64,000 nt of DNA. Origin: Octopus vulgaris. Its lineage: Eukaryota. Made by a program: the position numbers and the translations under genes. The notes under the pieces were generated by a model. The model was not told where the DNA came from and made no database searches. It saw only the letters and a program-made list of their open reading frames with translations. Below, in pieces: positions 40,177 to 53,300 of this stretch. The DNA is taken from NCBI GenBank assembly GCA_951406725.2, contig OX597838.1, forward strand, positions 15,500,001 through 15,564,000. Direction: 5' to 3'. Positions within the stretch are counted from its first letter, which is position 1. Each line of letters starts with the position of its first letter.

Positions 40177-40467
40177 TAGTTCTATGACCTGGCAACACCG
40201 GGTCATAATGCTAGTCTGACATAAAATAGAGAAATGTTTTTGTTTCACTTTTAACACGTAATACTGAAATAGTGAAGAAGATATGATATTGCAATGGGCT
40301 CGCTCTAGGCAAGAAGTTGAACATTTTTTTCCCCATGAAACTACATGGACCCTAAGTAAGGCATGTGTAAAATTTGAATGAAATTGGTTGTGTAGTTCTC
40401 AAGTTTTAGGAAAACACATAGACAGACAGACAGACACACATTCTCAGTTTTATATATATATATATAT
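40176..40467 (-). mobile_element. Non-autonomous Helitron-like element
   Basis: Minus strand ends with hairpin tatgacccggtgttgccaggtcata then gaaCTAG|t; (CTGT)n near the 5' end; no TSD. Confidence 0.65.
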
Positions 40468-40497
40468 TTTATTTTATTTTTTTCTTATGTTCTACAG

Positions 40498-40645
40498 AGC
40501 ATTGGAAATGAAAGCATGGCTGGCATGGAAGATGTATTAGCAAACCCAGAAACTGAAGAAGCACTTGCAGAGTTTGATTTTTTAGTGTCTGAGAGCGGTG
40601 AAGGTGCTGGTGAAGCTCGCAGCCAAGGAGATGGCACAGAATGGG
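40498..40645 (+). CDS. STRN3: Striatin exon: SIGNESMAGMEDVLANPETEEALAEFDFLVSESGEGAGEARSQGDGTEW
   Basis: tctacag acceptor, gtaaat donor; 148 nt, phase 0 to 1; TEEAL.EFDFL...GEGAGEARS.GDGTEW matches STRN3-type sequence. Confidence 0.96.
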
Positions 40646-40704
40646 GTAAATATCATACATAATTCATCTAAAGATCCACCTCCCAACTCAAGATTTTGCT
40701 TATT

Positions 40705-40851
40705 TGTATATGTATATATGTATGTATGTATGTATGGGTGTGTGCGTGTGTGTGTGTGCGTGTATGTGTGTGTGTTAGTGTTTAATATTTGTTCATGCAA
40801 TGTATTTTTGTGTACAAGTTACATTTATATATGTATGTGTGCATATGTATA

Positions 40852-40882
<31 letters not shown>

Positions 40883-41060
40883 GTGTGTGTGTTTGTGTGT
40901 ATATACATGTATTTGTGTGTATATATATGTATATGTGTGTATGTATATATGTGCATATGTGTGTGCATGTGTGTGTGTGTGTATATATATATACGTATGT
41001 ATCTGTATATATATGATTATATATATATATATATACATACATATATACACAGATACATAC

Positions 41061-41094
<34 letters not shown>

Positions 41095-41429
41095 GTGTGT
41101 GTGTATACACATGATATGTATATGTATGTATGTGTATACGTATGTATATGTATGCACATCAATCTACAAGTGTGTGCTTGTGTACATGACCACATTGAAA
41201 TGTTTACAGAGATATTCTTACATATAAAGGTAACTGAAGTGTTACCCTTGTGACATTCTGAGCCTACCTGAGTGTTATGTAAAGAGTACACCTGTGTCTG
41301 TAAAACACTTGGATAGTTTGACCACTAATTCAATGAACAGGTTGTTCATTAGATTAAACAACTAGAAATGAGAGTCCATCATATATCTCTTTGGGTGTGT
41401 GAATATATATAATATGTGTGTTTGTGTGA

Positions 41430-41471
<42 letters not shown>

Positions 41472-41575
41472 TTGTGTGAGAATATATATATATATGTGTG
41501 TGTATGTGTGTGTGTTTTAGCATGTGTTTGTGTCTAAATATGTGTGTTTGTTTGTGTGTGTGTGTATCTGTGTAA
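40705..41575. repeat. Large compound (TA)/(TG) microsatellite
   Basis: Seen directly. Confidence 0.9.
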
Positions 41576-42974
41576 TACAACCACTTGTAATACACTATAA
41601 ATTGTTTTGTGAAATTATGTTATAGATATATGAATCACTCATTTGCTGCATAAACATCTTGTGCATTAGAAAAGTGAATTACACAACTATAGCATATTGT
41701 CACAGAATGATGTATAATGTATCCTGATGATGGTATTATATAATGCTATAATAAATTCTACCAAAGTGGTGCTGAGTGCTGTTGTTTCTTATGACATGTA
41801 CACATATGCTTTTCTTATCTCTCTTTCACTCTCTATGACATGTTTGCTATATATATATTTATGCTATATATGTATGTGTGTATGTATGTATATATATATA
41901 TATATATATATATACATACACATACGCACTGTTGTACATTTATATTTGTAATGTGTTAAGATTAATATTGCTAATTTTGTTTTATAAATGTTCTCTTCCA
42001 GTTAATTTAATGTTATTTTGTTTTCATTGTGTTAAATGAGTACCAGTGAATAGAGTGAGTTTGAGGTATGCAAAATTTAGCTACTAGGGGAGTTTCAGGG
42101 AGATTGGGTGGAGGAGTTGATGTGACCTGCAGGCTGAGTGCAATTATAGTTGTTATCTTGTTGGGGGTCTTGTTAGGGTCTCGAATTAACAATAAAATTG
42201 AAAAAAAAAAACCAGAAATTCATTTAGTGTATATTTCAAGTTGTTTAAACCTAGGTCAACCCTGATCAAGCAAACTCATGATCAAAGTGACCATCGAGTT
42301 TTATTTTAGACATAATATTACATAGGTTACATTACACATTGTAACTTGCTTTTTAGTCTGATAAAATGTGATTTGAAGGTAATTTAATCACTATTTCTAG
42401 CAGTACAAGTGACCACATGGGGGCTGCTTTATTTGTAACATCAATGTTATTAATTAATCCTGGGTTAGCTCTGAAGTCATAGGTCTAAGATCTAGATGAT
42501 CCAGACAGGGCCATTCTAGCTTTTATTCATTATCTGTGTAGGTTTGCATTATCCAATGTGTCCTTTCTCTTGTAAGACAGGCAGGTTATATTTGTGTGAG
42601 ATTTGGCTGTTATTTCTAGCAGTTCAAACAACACCACAAAGCCTCCCTCATTGGCTCAGTTGCATATTGGTCACCTCAAACACCCATGATCTGTTATATC
42701 TATTTTTCAATAGAACATGTAATGTACTCCAAGTTGTTTGAATGTACCTGACCATTTTTTCCTAACTCTTTCCAGCATTGGGTTGACCTTACATTAGCTT
42801 TGCTCTTTTTGTTTTTACTTTGATAATTAATTTTTTTGTTTGTTTTGTATGAATTTCAGTTCAGTTTGCTGTCCATATATTTCTTTGTTATTTATTTATT
42901 TATTTTTTTTTTTTGTGATTTACTCTATAAATTGGGAGGTAATGAAAGCCATCACTATATATATATATATAAAT

Positions 42975-43495
42975 CAAAATCAAAATCAATTCGATGACTG
43001 GCATTCGTGCTAGCGAGGTGCAAAGATCACCATATGAGTGTGATCGTTGACAGAGCGGCTATTCGAGTATGATCGTTATCAGCGTCGCCTTACTGGCACT
43101 TATGCCTGTGCTAGTAGGGTGCCAAGAGCACTATCCGAGTGTGATCGTTGCCAGAGCAGCCAACTGGCTTCTGTATGCATGGCACGTAAAAGGGCACCAT
43201 TCGAGCGTGATCGTTACCAACGTCGCTTCACTGGCACCTGTGCCGGTGGCATATGTAAAAAGATTCAAGCGAGGTCGTTGCCTGTGCCGCCTGACTGGCC
43301 CCCATGCCGGTGGCATGTAAAAAGCACTCACTACACTCTCGGAGTGGTTGGCGTTAGGAAGGGCATCCAGCTGTAGAAACTCTGCCAGATCAAGATTGGA
43401 GCCTGGTGCAGCCATCTGGCTCGCCAGCCCTCAGTCAAAATCATCCAACCCATGCTAGCATGGAAAGCGAACGTTAAACAATGATGATGATGATA
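42975..43495 (+). mobile_element. Family D retroposon with internal tandem repeats
   Basis: Four gagygtgatcgtt-type internal units; (GAT)n tail. Confidence 0.78.
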
Positions 43496-43519
43496 GATAG
43501 ATAGATGTTTTCAATATTT

Positions 43520-43850
43520 TGGCTTTAATACTGTTATGACATGTACAGATACAGAGATACACTAAAGTTATTATGAGAAATAAACACATATGTGTCACAC
43601 TAGCACTTATACAAGTACACCCACATTTGTACTGGTACACTCACATTAACAATTATACAGGTACGCACAAACAGGTGTTAACACTTCCACTGTAATGACA
43701 TTAGTGGAGGTAGACTGACTCTTTTATGACATGTGGAAGCACACTGACCTTGTAAGGACATATACAGACATTGACACTAGTACTAACTGTTATGACATGC
43801 ACAAAGATATACACTAACACTCTTATGACATGTAGAGACATACAAACATT
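43520..43850. repeat. Degenerate tandem repeat (ttatgacatgt..acac)
   Basis: Recurrent motif at irregular 30-60 bp spacing. Confidence 0.55.
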
Positions 43851-45162
43851 GTTTTGGCATCATCATCATCATCACCATCATCATTTAATGTCTGTTTTCC
43901 ATGCTGGCATGGGTTGGGAGGTTTGACACGGGCTGGCTAGCCACAAGACTGTCCCAAGCTTCACTGTCTGTTTTGGCATGGTCTTACGGCTGGATGTCCT
44001 TCCTAACACCAACCACTTTACAGTGCACAATGTGCATTTTACACGGCACCAGTACCATTGCTACTGCATGGCACTGGCGTGAGTGCATTAAACACTGATG
44101 CTGTGACATACAGAGATGCACATCTTATAATAATAATAGTGTGTGTGTGTATCTCGACATGTCATAAGTGTTAATGTTTATGTCTATAAATATCCTAACA
44201 GTGTTAGGGAATATCTTTATGTCTTGTGATGAGTTTAGTGTTTATCATCTTTCTATATATCATAAGTCCTATTGTGTTTCTATATGTGTCATGATTTCTG
44301 TTTCAAGCTTTCCTGTCTTAAGATTAAAACTTGTTAAAGCTTAAATACTGAATAAATAAGTATTTCTCTAACCCCACATTGTCAAGTGGTGGTTTTCATT
44401 CACCTTCCTATTTATCATTATGATATATACATACATATATATATATATACATATATATACGTGTACTGACATGACAATGCTTTCAGTAAACTACATGATC
44501 TTTGTTTTTTCTTTTGTTTAGTTCTTTGTATAATTTGTTTAATTACTGTTCTGTTAACTCTAGTGATGTTTCTGTAATGAAATATTTACTTTTTATTTTA
44601 GTATTTGTTCTTGTTCGAGATTTACAATTCTGTCGATAAGAATCAATTATTTTGTTATTTTCATTAAATTAGTCTCTAATTAAATGATGTACTTGTTTTG
44701 AAACGGAAACATAAATAAGGCTTGTATATGTTTGGGTGTCCTGAGGAAATTTGTTCGTTAATCTTTGTCTATATGTATATTTACATGGGTGCAGGCATAG
44801 CTGAATGGTTAAACATGTTCACTTTGCAGATTCAAAATCTCAGGTTTGTTCTCAGTACATTGACGCCTTAAGCAAGTGTCTTCTGCCAGATATGGCCTCA
44901 GTTAATTCAAAGTGGAGAAGAAAACTTTGAAAACTTGAGCAGCTTTCCCATCATCACTGGTCTTAGAGGTTATGCAAAAGGTCATGGTATCTAACCTTTT
45001 CCCTCTAAATCAGGTGAAAAATTGTAATCTATGTGACTGATTTACCAAATCCTAGTTTAATAATGACCAGACATTCTTGAGCCTTTATTTAAGTGAATTA
45101 TCACTTGAATTCAAAGTACTGTTGCATTGAGTTTGTCTGAGGATTACATTTGAGAGTACCAC

Positions 45163-45420
45163 ATCATCATCATTGTTTAGCGTCCGCTTTCCATGCTAGC
45201 ATGGGTTGGACGGTTCAACTGGGGTCTGGGAAGCCAGAAGGCTGCACCAGGCTCAGTCTGATCGGGCAATGTTTCTACAGCTGGGTGCCCTTCCTAACGC
45301 CAACCACTCCATGAGTGTAGTGGGTGCTTTTTACGTGCCTGATGAGGCTGGCAAACGGTCACGATCGGATGGTGCTTTTTACGTGCCACCGGCACAGGGG
45401 CCAGGCGAGGCTGGCAACAC
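45163..45420 (-). mobile_element. Family D retroposon
   Basis: Near-identical to 23703-23965. Confidence 0.8.
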
Positions 45421-46914
45421 AGCCTGTTGAATATTCACTCACTTAAATTATAATACAAGATGGACTGTGTCTGTAAGTTCAACCTTGTGAAACACTGTGT
45501 CATACAGTCTAAGGGTTTAGTGAACAACTGTCATTATAAAACTCAGGCAATAATGCAATGAGTAAGTTGTTTTGTTCAGTTGTGAAGGCATGTGGCTTAA
45601 TAGTCAGAGTATTTGCATTCCTGATCATATGATTGTGGTTTCAATTCCCAGACTACGTAGTGCATTCTTGAGCAAAGTTCTTCATTTCACATTGCTTGAG
45701 CAATAGTTGTGAAGTTAATCCTGCGATGGACTAGCTTCCCATTCAGGAGCGAGTGTCGTAATATGAATCACTTATGTGCCATGGAAACGGGGTTATGCTC
45801 GAGCCTTATGAGTCTTGGGGTTCATGACAGACCCCCTAAACAGTTCAGTGAATGGAGCAGCTGAAAGACTTGTCATCAAAAACCAGTGCAAAATCGATCT
45901 GTATATATTTTTTACACATACAGTTGTGAACTACTGAAAAATCCACAGACATTTATTGAAAATGAGTCCATAGGTCAGAGGTCGTCGTTTTTGCTGATGT
46001 TATTGTGTTGTAGCTAAATTGTTCTATGATTGTAATTAGAATTCATGGTTCTTGTAGTCATGGCAGTATTAATTATTCTTTTCTTCTTACAACTTGTATT
46101 ATTAGCTCAGATGGAAGATTTTTCATACATATATTGGTAAATGCTATTTGTTTGAGAACATTACAATAGGAGAGATGGTGGTGGGAGAATGTGTGTGGAC
46201 ACAGAAACATTCTCATCTCATACAAGTGTGATAATTATCCAAATAGTTCATTTTTACCTAATCAGATATATCCATCTGTGGGGCTAATTAATCTTATCAC
46301 ATTCTGGATATTTGTTATTGTGGATGTCTTAATGCAGAGGACCTAAAGGTTAGCAGTTTACCCTGCGTCCTCGTCTTGTTGGGAAACTCACTTGTAGATA
46401 TATTAGACTTATCTTTAAGTAATAGAAGTCGGTATTTAAGAAGTGATTTCCTCGGGGTTTGCTATCCCAAGATGTATCTGTCATGTTATCACTGATACAG
46501 TTACCTGATAAGCTATAGAGTTGTGGTTCAAATCTCATTAGCCAGCCTATATTTTGCCTCAAAAATAGTCTTTTGTGCCTGTTGTCTTTTCTTTTTTTGT
46601 GTGTGTGTTAAAGTTTCAGAATTTGATTTCTATGGTTATTTCTTATTGCTCACATTGAACCAAAATGGGACACTTTGTTGTATTGGACATTAATTGCCTA
46701 ACCTTATCCTGTTAATATTAAGCGGTTGATAAATTATATTCTGGAGATGATATCTTGCAATTTAAATAGAAGAGTAGAAATGGAGTTGCAAATAACCTAT
46801 AGTGCAATTGGCAACATAGTCACTTGGCACATAGTCACTTGGCAAATGGCTGAAATGTAGTTACAGTCCTGTAAGTTTGCTACTCTTGTCCATCTCAAAT
46901 TTGTGTTTCTATGG

Positions 46915-46954
46915 TATTATATAGATGTGTGTGTGTGTGTATTATATGTGCATG

Positions 46955-47028
<74 letters not shown>

Positions 47029-47131
47029 TCTATATATATATATTATGTATATATATTTATGTGTGCATATATATATGTATATATGTATATGTATATATTA
47101 TAAGTGTGTATATATATATGTATATATTATA

Positions 47132-47184
<53 letters not shown>

Positions 47185-47188
47185 TATA

Positions 47189-47255
<67 letters not shown>
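46915..47255. repeat. (TA)n-rich microsatellite
   Basis: Seen directly. Confidence 0.92.
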
Positions 47256-47257
<2 letters not shown>

Positions 47258-48407
47258 CAGACTTCATAGTTTTAACTTAAGTGGTAGGGCAAGTTGATGG
47301 TAGATTCTTTTTTGTTATTAAGAAACAGTTGAAGGTATAAACTGTTTGCTTGTTCTTTAATCATACCAAATGCTTTGATCAAGTTTCCTTTACAGTTGTG
47401 ATGCTTAAATATCTGTGCCTTTACTTGCAAATATTCTTTGAGCAGAAGAAAAGCAAAATGATAAAAATAATTTTTTATTTTCAATTCCGACCACGATGAC
47501 AGAAAATGAAAAGAAGGAAAAATAATTGTTTATTTATTGATTCATTAATTACAATTGATTTTATTTTTTTTATTGTTGCCATGCACCTTTTGTTTGATTT
47601 GTTGCTTTGTTTTGATGCTGTGTTGCCTCTAAATGTTTTTTTTTTATGTTCTAGTTGTTTTATTTTAAATATTTCTTGTTTGTTTATTTTTTCCCCCCTT
47701 TTTTTTCTTATTTGCCAATTTTATTATGCTTGATTATTTTCTTTATTTGTCTGGAATGTCTTAAAGCTTGACTCTTTTTTTTTTTTTTTTACCCCCACCA
47801 CTTTCTGTTTTTGATGATCTGAGTTCTTCCCATGGCAAAAAATCTGTTTTCTTCTCTTTGTCTAGTTCTTTCTGTTTGCTCAAAACTGTGTTGAGAGTGT
47901 GGCAAAGCTTAGATTGAGCTAGGTTTGTAGGCAACTAGACAGGGTCATAGGCTAATTAGTTTTTTTTTTTCCAGTGACCCATAACATGCATTAGTAATGA
48001 ATGTAACAGGCAGTGTGTGGCTAAGAGTTTCTCTTCACAATCACAGAACTTCCTAATTTAACGCCACTGCATGGCATCTTGTATAACTGTCCTCCACCAT
48101 AACCTCAGATCAACCAAAGTCCTTGTGGGGTGAAACTGGCAAGACTGAAACTGCATGAATTTATTTGGGTCCTTTAGCAGGATCCATCACTCTGCTGTAG
48201 ACATTCATATTAGGTCTTTAATCTCAGGAAAACTTTGAAATTCCAAGCTTCTTCTTTCCTACCATCACTAGTCTCAGAAGTCATGCAAAAGGTCATGGTA
48301 ACTAACTTTTTCCCTCTAAGTCATATAAAAGTAAAAAGTAATGTGTGTGGACTGACTTACCAAATCCTAGTTTAGTAATGACCAGACATTCTTGAGCCTT
48401 TATTTAA

Positions 48408-48629
48408 CCCTTTGGTGTTTAAACCGGCCATATCCGGCCCAAATATCCTACATGCTTTTACAATCAAATTGGCCATATCTAGCCTCTCACACCTAACCTA
48501 CACTGACATTCTAAGAATAAACTACCATACCATTGAAACTTCAAAGCTATAAGATAATGTATGATTAATTCAAAACAATTTGAGTGAAAAAAGTATTATA
48601 TTTAACAGAATAATCTGAACACTAAAGGG
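48408..48629. mobile_element. TTAA MITE family 2
   Basis: TTAA both sides; paralogous empty site at 45089-45092. Confidence 0.92.
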
Positions 48630-49479
48630 TTAAGTGAATAGTCACTTGAGCTGATAAATTAGTGATGGTCTTTATTGACAGGAATCCTAATAGTGTATTT
48701 TCGTGTGTTGTAAGTAGAGACTAGTACTTCAAACTGGGTCCTTGACATACTAGTCTTTCACTTACTCTAATGATCCTGTAATATACATTATGACTGAGCC
48801 TTTTGTTGGCCATCACTTAACAGACTTTAGTATTAGTGTAATAGACTTTAGGTTAAAGTGACCTGTTGATTTTTCTCACCATATGTGTTAATCTAGTTCT
48901 GCTATGCATCATGTAACAGCCTACAGACGAAGAGAGTCTTTTATACAATGTCATGTTAGGTTTTAAGGTAAATGCCCAGCTGTTGGTTACATATTCAAAC
49001 TCAGTATTGTTGAAGGTGTCTTTGCAACTACGAGACTGTAATACCTGTGTTATATAACTGACAATTTTACACTTGATCTACACTTGGTCTTCAATGTCCT
49101 ATTTCCTACTATAGACCTTACTACACACATACACACTCTCACACACACACACACACACACTGATTATAATGAGGATGGACTCTCCTGTTAATTTTGATGT
49201 ATGAGTGTCAAGTTGTTCAGTCATCTGAGCAACATACTCATTGAATTAGTGTGTAAAGTGGCTGAGTATTCCACTGACACGTGTACCTTTAACATAATTT
49301 CCAAGTACAAACAGCATGGTAATGTGAGAAGGTTGGAACACATTTGAATTACATATACAGTCCATTTGGTACAGTTTCCAACTATCCAAATTGATGTACA
49401 ATTGAAGACTATTAAATTGCTAGCATGGAGAACGGACGTTAAACGATGATGATGATGATGATGATAAGCACAGTCACGG

Positions 49480-49862
49480 TCACGGCTGTTTGATAAGGAG
49501 CTTGCTTCCCAACCATATGGTTCTGGGTTCAGTCCCTCTGCGTGGCATCTTGGGCAACTGTCTTCCACTATAGCTTCAGGCTGACCAAAGCCTTGAAGAT
49601 GGATTTGGTAGATGGAAACTGAAAGAAGCCCATTGTATATGTGTGTGTGTGTATTTATACACACACACACATATGTGCATGACATTGTGTCTGTTTTTGA
49701 CCCCCACCCAATCAGCACCTGATAAGTTAGCAGTTCGGTGGTAGAATAAGTACTAGGCTTAAAAAAAGAATAAATCCTAGGATTGATTATTCAACTAAAA
49801 CCCTTTAAGGCGGTGCTCCAGCATGGTCACAGTCAAATGACTGAAACAAGTAAAAGATAAAG
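49480..49862 (+). mobile_element. SINE family B
   Basis: Similarity to 32557-32978. Confidence 0.8.
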
Positions 49863-49889
49863 AATATATATATATAGATAGATAGATAT

Positions 49890-50060
49890 AGTTCAAATGT
49901 ACAAAAACAGAAGTCAGAGATAAGTTAGGAAAAAACAAACAAGGTGCATTAGTTTGACATTCTGGAAAAATGGACAAGTCTTTGACGTTTTGAGCCAAAG
50001 CTCCTTGACAGAAAGGAATGAAGGGGAAAAAAAAACAAGAATGCTAGCTCAATAGACGGA
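49890..50060 (-). mobile_element. Older copy of the 18313-18505 hammerhead-bearing element
   Basis: Minus strand reads ccttt-ctgtcaa-g-gagc-tttg-gctc-aaaa-cgtc-aaagac with homologous flanks. Confidence 0.6.
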
Positions 50061-50338
50061 GTGACAAGTAGATAACACAGTAGATGTTGGCTGTGCTTCT
50101 GAGGCCAGTGGTGGTAACTATCATATATAACACAACACTGGGCTAAATTTACAAGACTGTTTTGTTTCATACTTTGTGTCTCTCAGTTTTCTGTTCAAAA
50201 TTGTCTCGGTGGTGGGGATCAACTTAAGCCTCAATTATCCCAAAGTAAAAAATAGAGGTGAGGGCAAGAGAATAGATACTACTAGGCTAGGAGTTTTTCA
50301 CTTGGTGATATTCTTCATCCTGTACCCTTCCTGTGAAC

Positions 50339-50373
<35 letters not shown>

Positions 50374-53300
50374 CGCACATAGTTCCACTTGCATTTACTC
50401 TCACTTGCATGAAGTGCCCCTTATCTAGCCACACTAGTCTCACTTGCACCCTTTCACATGCTTGTCCTCTGCACTCACCAATTGACCATGTTCATTCACT
50501 CACTTTCTCTCTCTCTCCCTATCTCTCTGTCTCTCTTACTCTCTGTCTCTCTCTCTCCCATATTCTTTCTCTCTCTTGTCATCAGACAAGATTAGGCTGA
50601 CATGGCAAAATTGTTAAAGCATCAGAAAATGATAATGCCTTGTAATATTTCTTCTGACTCTATGTTCTGAGTTCTTTTAACATAAACCTTGTTAGAAACT
50701 GTTACTGTGTAAAGCAATGAATTTAGTCTTGAAGTATTTAGTTGTATTGCTTTATGTTACCATGGTGAAGTCTCCTTGAGGTCAATTTTGCCTTTCATCA
50801 TTACAAATTCAATAAAACAGAGTACATGTTAAGACTTTCACCTCCTGAAATGTGTGTCTTTTTGTGGAGTTTTTCTTTTTTCTCCATCATGAGTCCACAT
50901 CATCATGGAGAGAACTGAGCTTTTCATGTTTCCAAGGGTCAGTAAAATATTTGTTATATATTGGTACTGATTTATTGATAGTATATCCTTCTAGAGCTTG
51001 TCCTTGATTAGGAAGTTGCTACATCAGAAACAATGATAGAAAGAAAAGGAAATGAAAGAATTGAGACATTATTGTCAGAAATGTAATACAAGTAAATTGA
51101 TATAACTTCTGCATCTATAGAGCTGCACCTGGAAAGTTCCTCTTAAAGGTACAGGTCTTGGCAAATGTTTCATTTGCGGTGGAAAGATGAGCAGTTGCCT
51201 CACGTAGCAAGTCTCCTCTCACCATGCTACTGATGTTGTCCAAGAAAAAGACAAGAGTCTATGAAGCTTGCTATCATTATTGATGAGGTATTGCTGTCAG
51301 AATACAAAGAGCTGCAATAGATACTGCAAGAATTCTTGTGTGACTGTCTAACAATTTCACAAATTCAATGCTCTGGACTGGTATTTTATTTATTGACCCT
51401 GAAATGATGGATGGCAATGTTGACCTTGATAGGATTTGAACTCAGGGCATAGAGAGCTGAAATGAATATCACAAGGAATTCTTACACTAAAGATTCTGCC
51501 AATTCACTACTAACAGGAGTAATAGTAGTGATGTCTTGCCATATTAGCACAAATTTTGAAGGGTAGGAGGCTGAGTCTAGTCATCTACATCAAGCTCTCT
51601 GATTTAACTCTCAAATGGATAAAATGCAGTTCTGTCCCTGTTTGGATTTGAACATAGAATTTGAATGGATGTAATGAAATATAGCACCCATGCTAGCATG
51701 GAAAACGGACGCTAAACGATGATGATGATGATGATGATGATAGTTTGTCTAATGTTCTATCAATTTTGCCATTCACTGCTACCAGTTTCATTGAATATTA
51801 GTTACAACATAAATTTCAAAGAAATTGTATTTTTTCATTTCATCCTCCCACCAAATAAAAAAAGAAAAACATTCCCAAACCATTCAGCATTTTAAAAATA
51901 TTTTCAGTCCTTTACCATCAAATTTTGAAAACAGTAAATTTGTTAATCTACTTCAATATCAAAGACTATTTACATTTTAAGCTTTAGGCAACAACAAATG
52001 TCTCACTGTGCTTTATACCCTTGTGTAGATTTCTTTTTTAGTTACCTTCATTGTTTTAGCAATAGGGACACTGAAAATGGTTGATGCTGTGAGGAAGCCT
52101 CTATATAGTCTGCTGAGTTGCCAGAAATAGAAATCCACTCTCCCTCATTGCATTCTACTTTCTTAGAAAAAACATCGGCCAATATAGTCCTGATGGCCAT
52201 GGCTCAACTGAGAACTCTAGTTAATATTAGTTACACCTTAAATATGAAATTAACCCCAAAGCATATTTTTACTTCAAATTCTGATTGTATGCAGAATAGA
52301 TCACTGGCTGTGAGATTTAGCTGCTCTACTACCATAACGATATGGTTCTGAGATCAAATCTTATCAGTGCCAACATTGACAACTACCATTAATTTTGGAT
52401 TGTAGATTTTACTCTTGTTACTCTAGTTGTATTCATGGACAAATCACATAGCTGTATTTGTCTCAGTTTACTACCTTGAGTTTCCTCCCACTGCTACTTT
52501 CATGGTTGAGTGGTTAATAGGAGTAAGACTATTCAGCTAAAAAAAAATAGTAATTACTCCAAGCAAAATCATTCCAGTTGTGCTGTCATGGAGAAAAAGG
52601 TGTAAAAGCAGCCTCTCCTAAAATATCCGTACCAAATAACTCCCCTCATTTTTGATGAGTCATCTTTTTGTTCACTTAAATTGTTGGACTACAGCCATGC
52701 TGGGTCACTGCAATCATTTTAGCTTTGAAAAGATATGCTCACATATAATACAGTTTCCTAATCAATAATGTTGTACAGAGATAACCTACCTCTTTTCATG
52801 ACCAAGTTGAGTACTGGAAACTACCTCTGACCTCATTGGTCAGAACAACTGACCCCATGATCAAAGATGCTCCAGCTCTGACAATTGCATCTTTTTTTCT
52901 TTCTTTATGTATCCAGGGCTACATTCTTCAATGTGTCCTTTTTTTTAAATACTGTCAAGAATTTGACCATTTCTAATCAGTCAAATGACCAAATAGAGGT
53001 TCCTTTTGATGACGACAATGGGGTTGTTGTTATTTTTAAATGGTGTGATATAACATTCAGGTTCAACATAACCATATCACACAGGTTAAGTTATGGCCAC
53101 TAGCTTCACTGAAACTTTAATGCAGTTGATGTCATATGAATATACATAATGACTGGGCTGTGTGTTGTGTTCTTGAGCAAGACACCTTATTTCATGTTGC
53201 TCTAGTTCACTCAGCTATAGAAATGAGTTGCAACGTCACTGGTGCCAAACTATGTAGGCCTTTGCTTTTCCCTTGGAAAGTATCGGTGGCATGGAGAGGG

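Noticed and set aside
40598-41291. Long ORFs of 100-209 aa here and at 6843-7266, 12197-12841, 17425-18855, 46903-47297, 59679-60126
   Set aside because: Translations of TA/TG/CA/CAT microsatellites (YI, CV, HT runs); not genes.
41724-41760. ctgatga-t-ggtatta-ta-taatgct hairpin, possible decayed hammerhead
   Set aside because: GAAA and stems I/III not recoverable; too degenerate to call.
42030-42070. Possible microexon near taccag ... gtgagt / gtatgc
   Set aside because: No acceptor-donor pair gives a stop-free phase 1-1 exon.
45339-45365. ctgatgaggctggcaaacggtc hammerhead look-alike
   Set aside because: Arises from a deletion or mutation in a family D copy (compare 23890-23920); stems do not pair.
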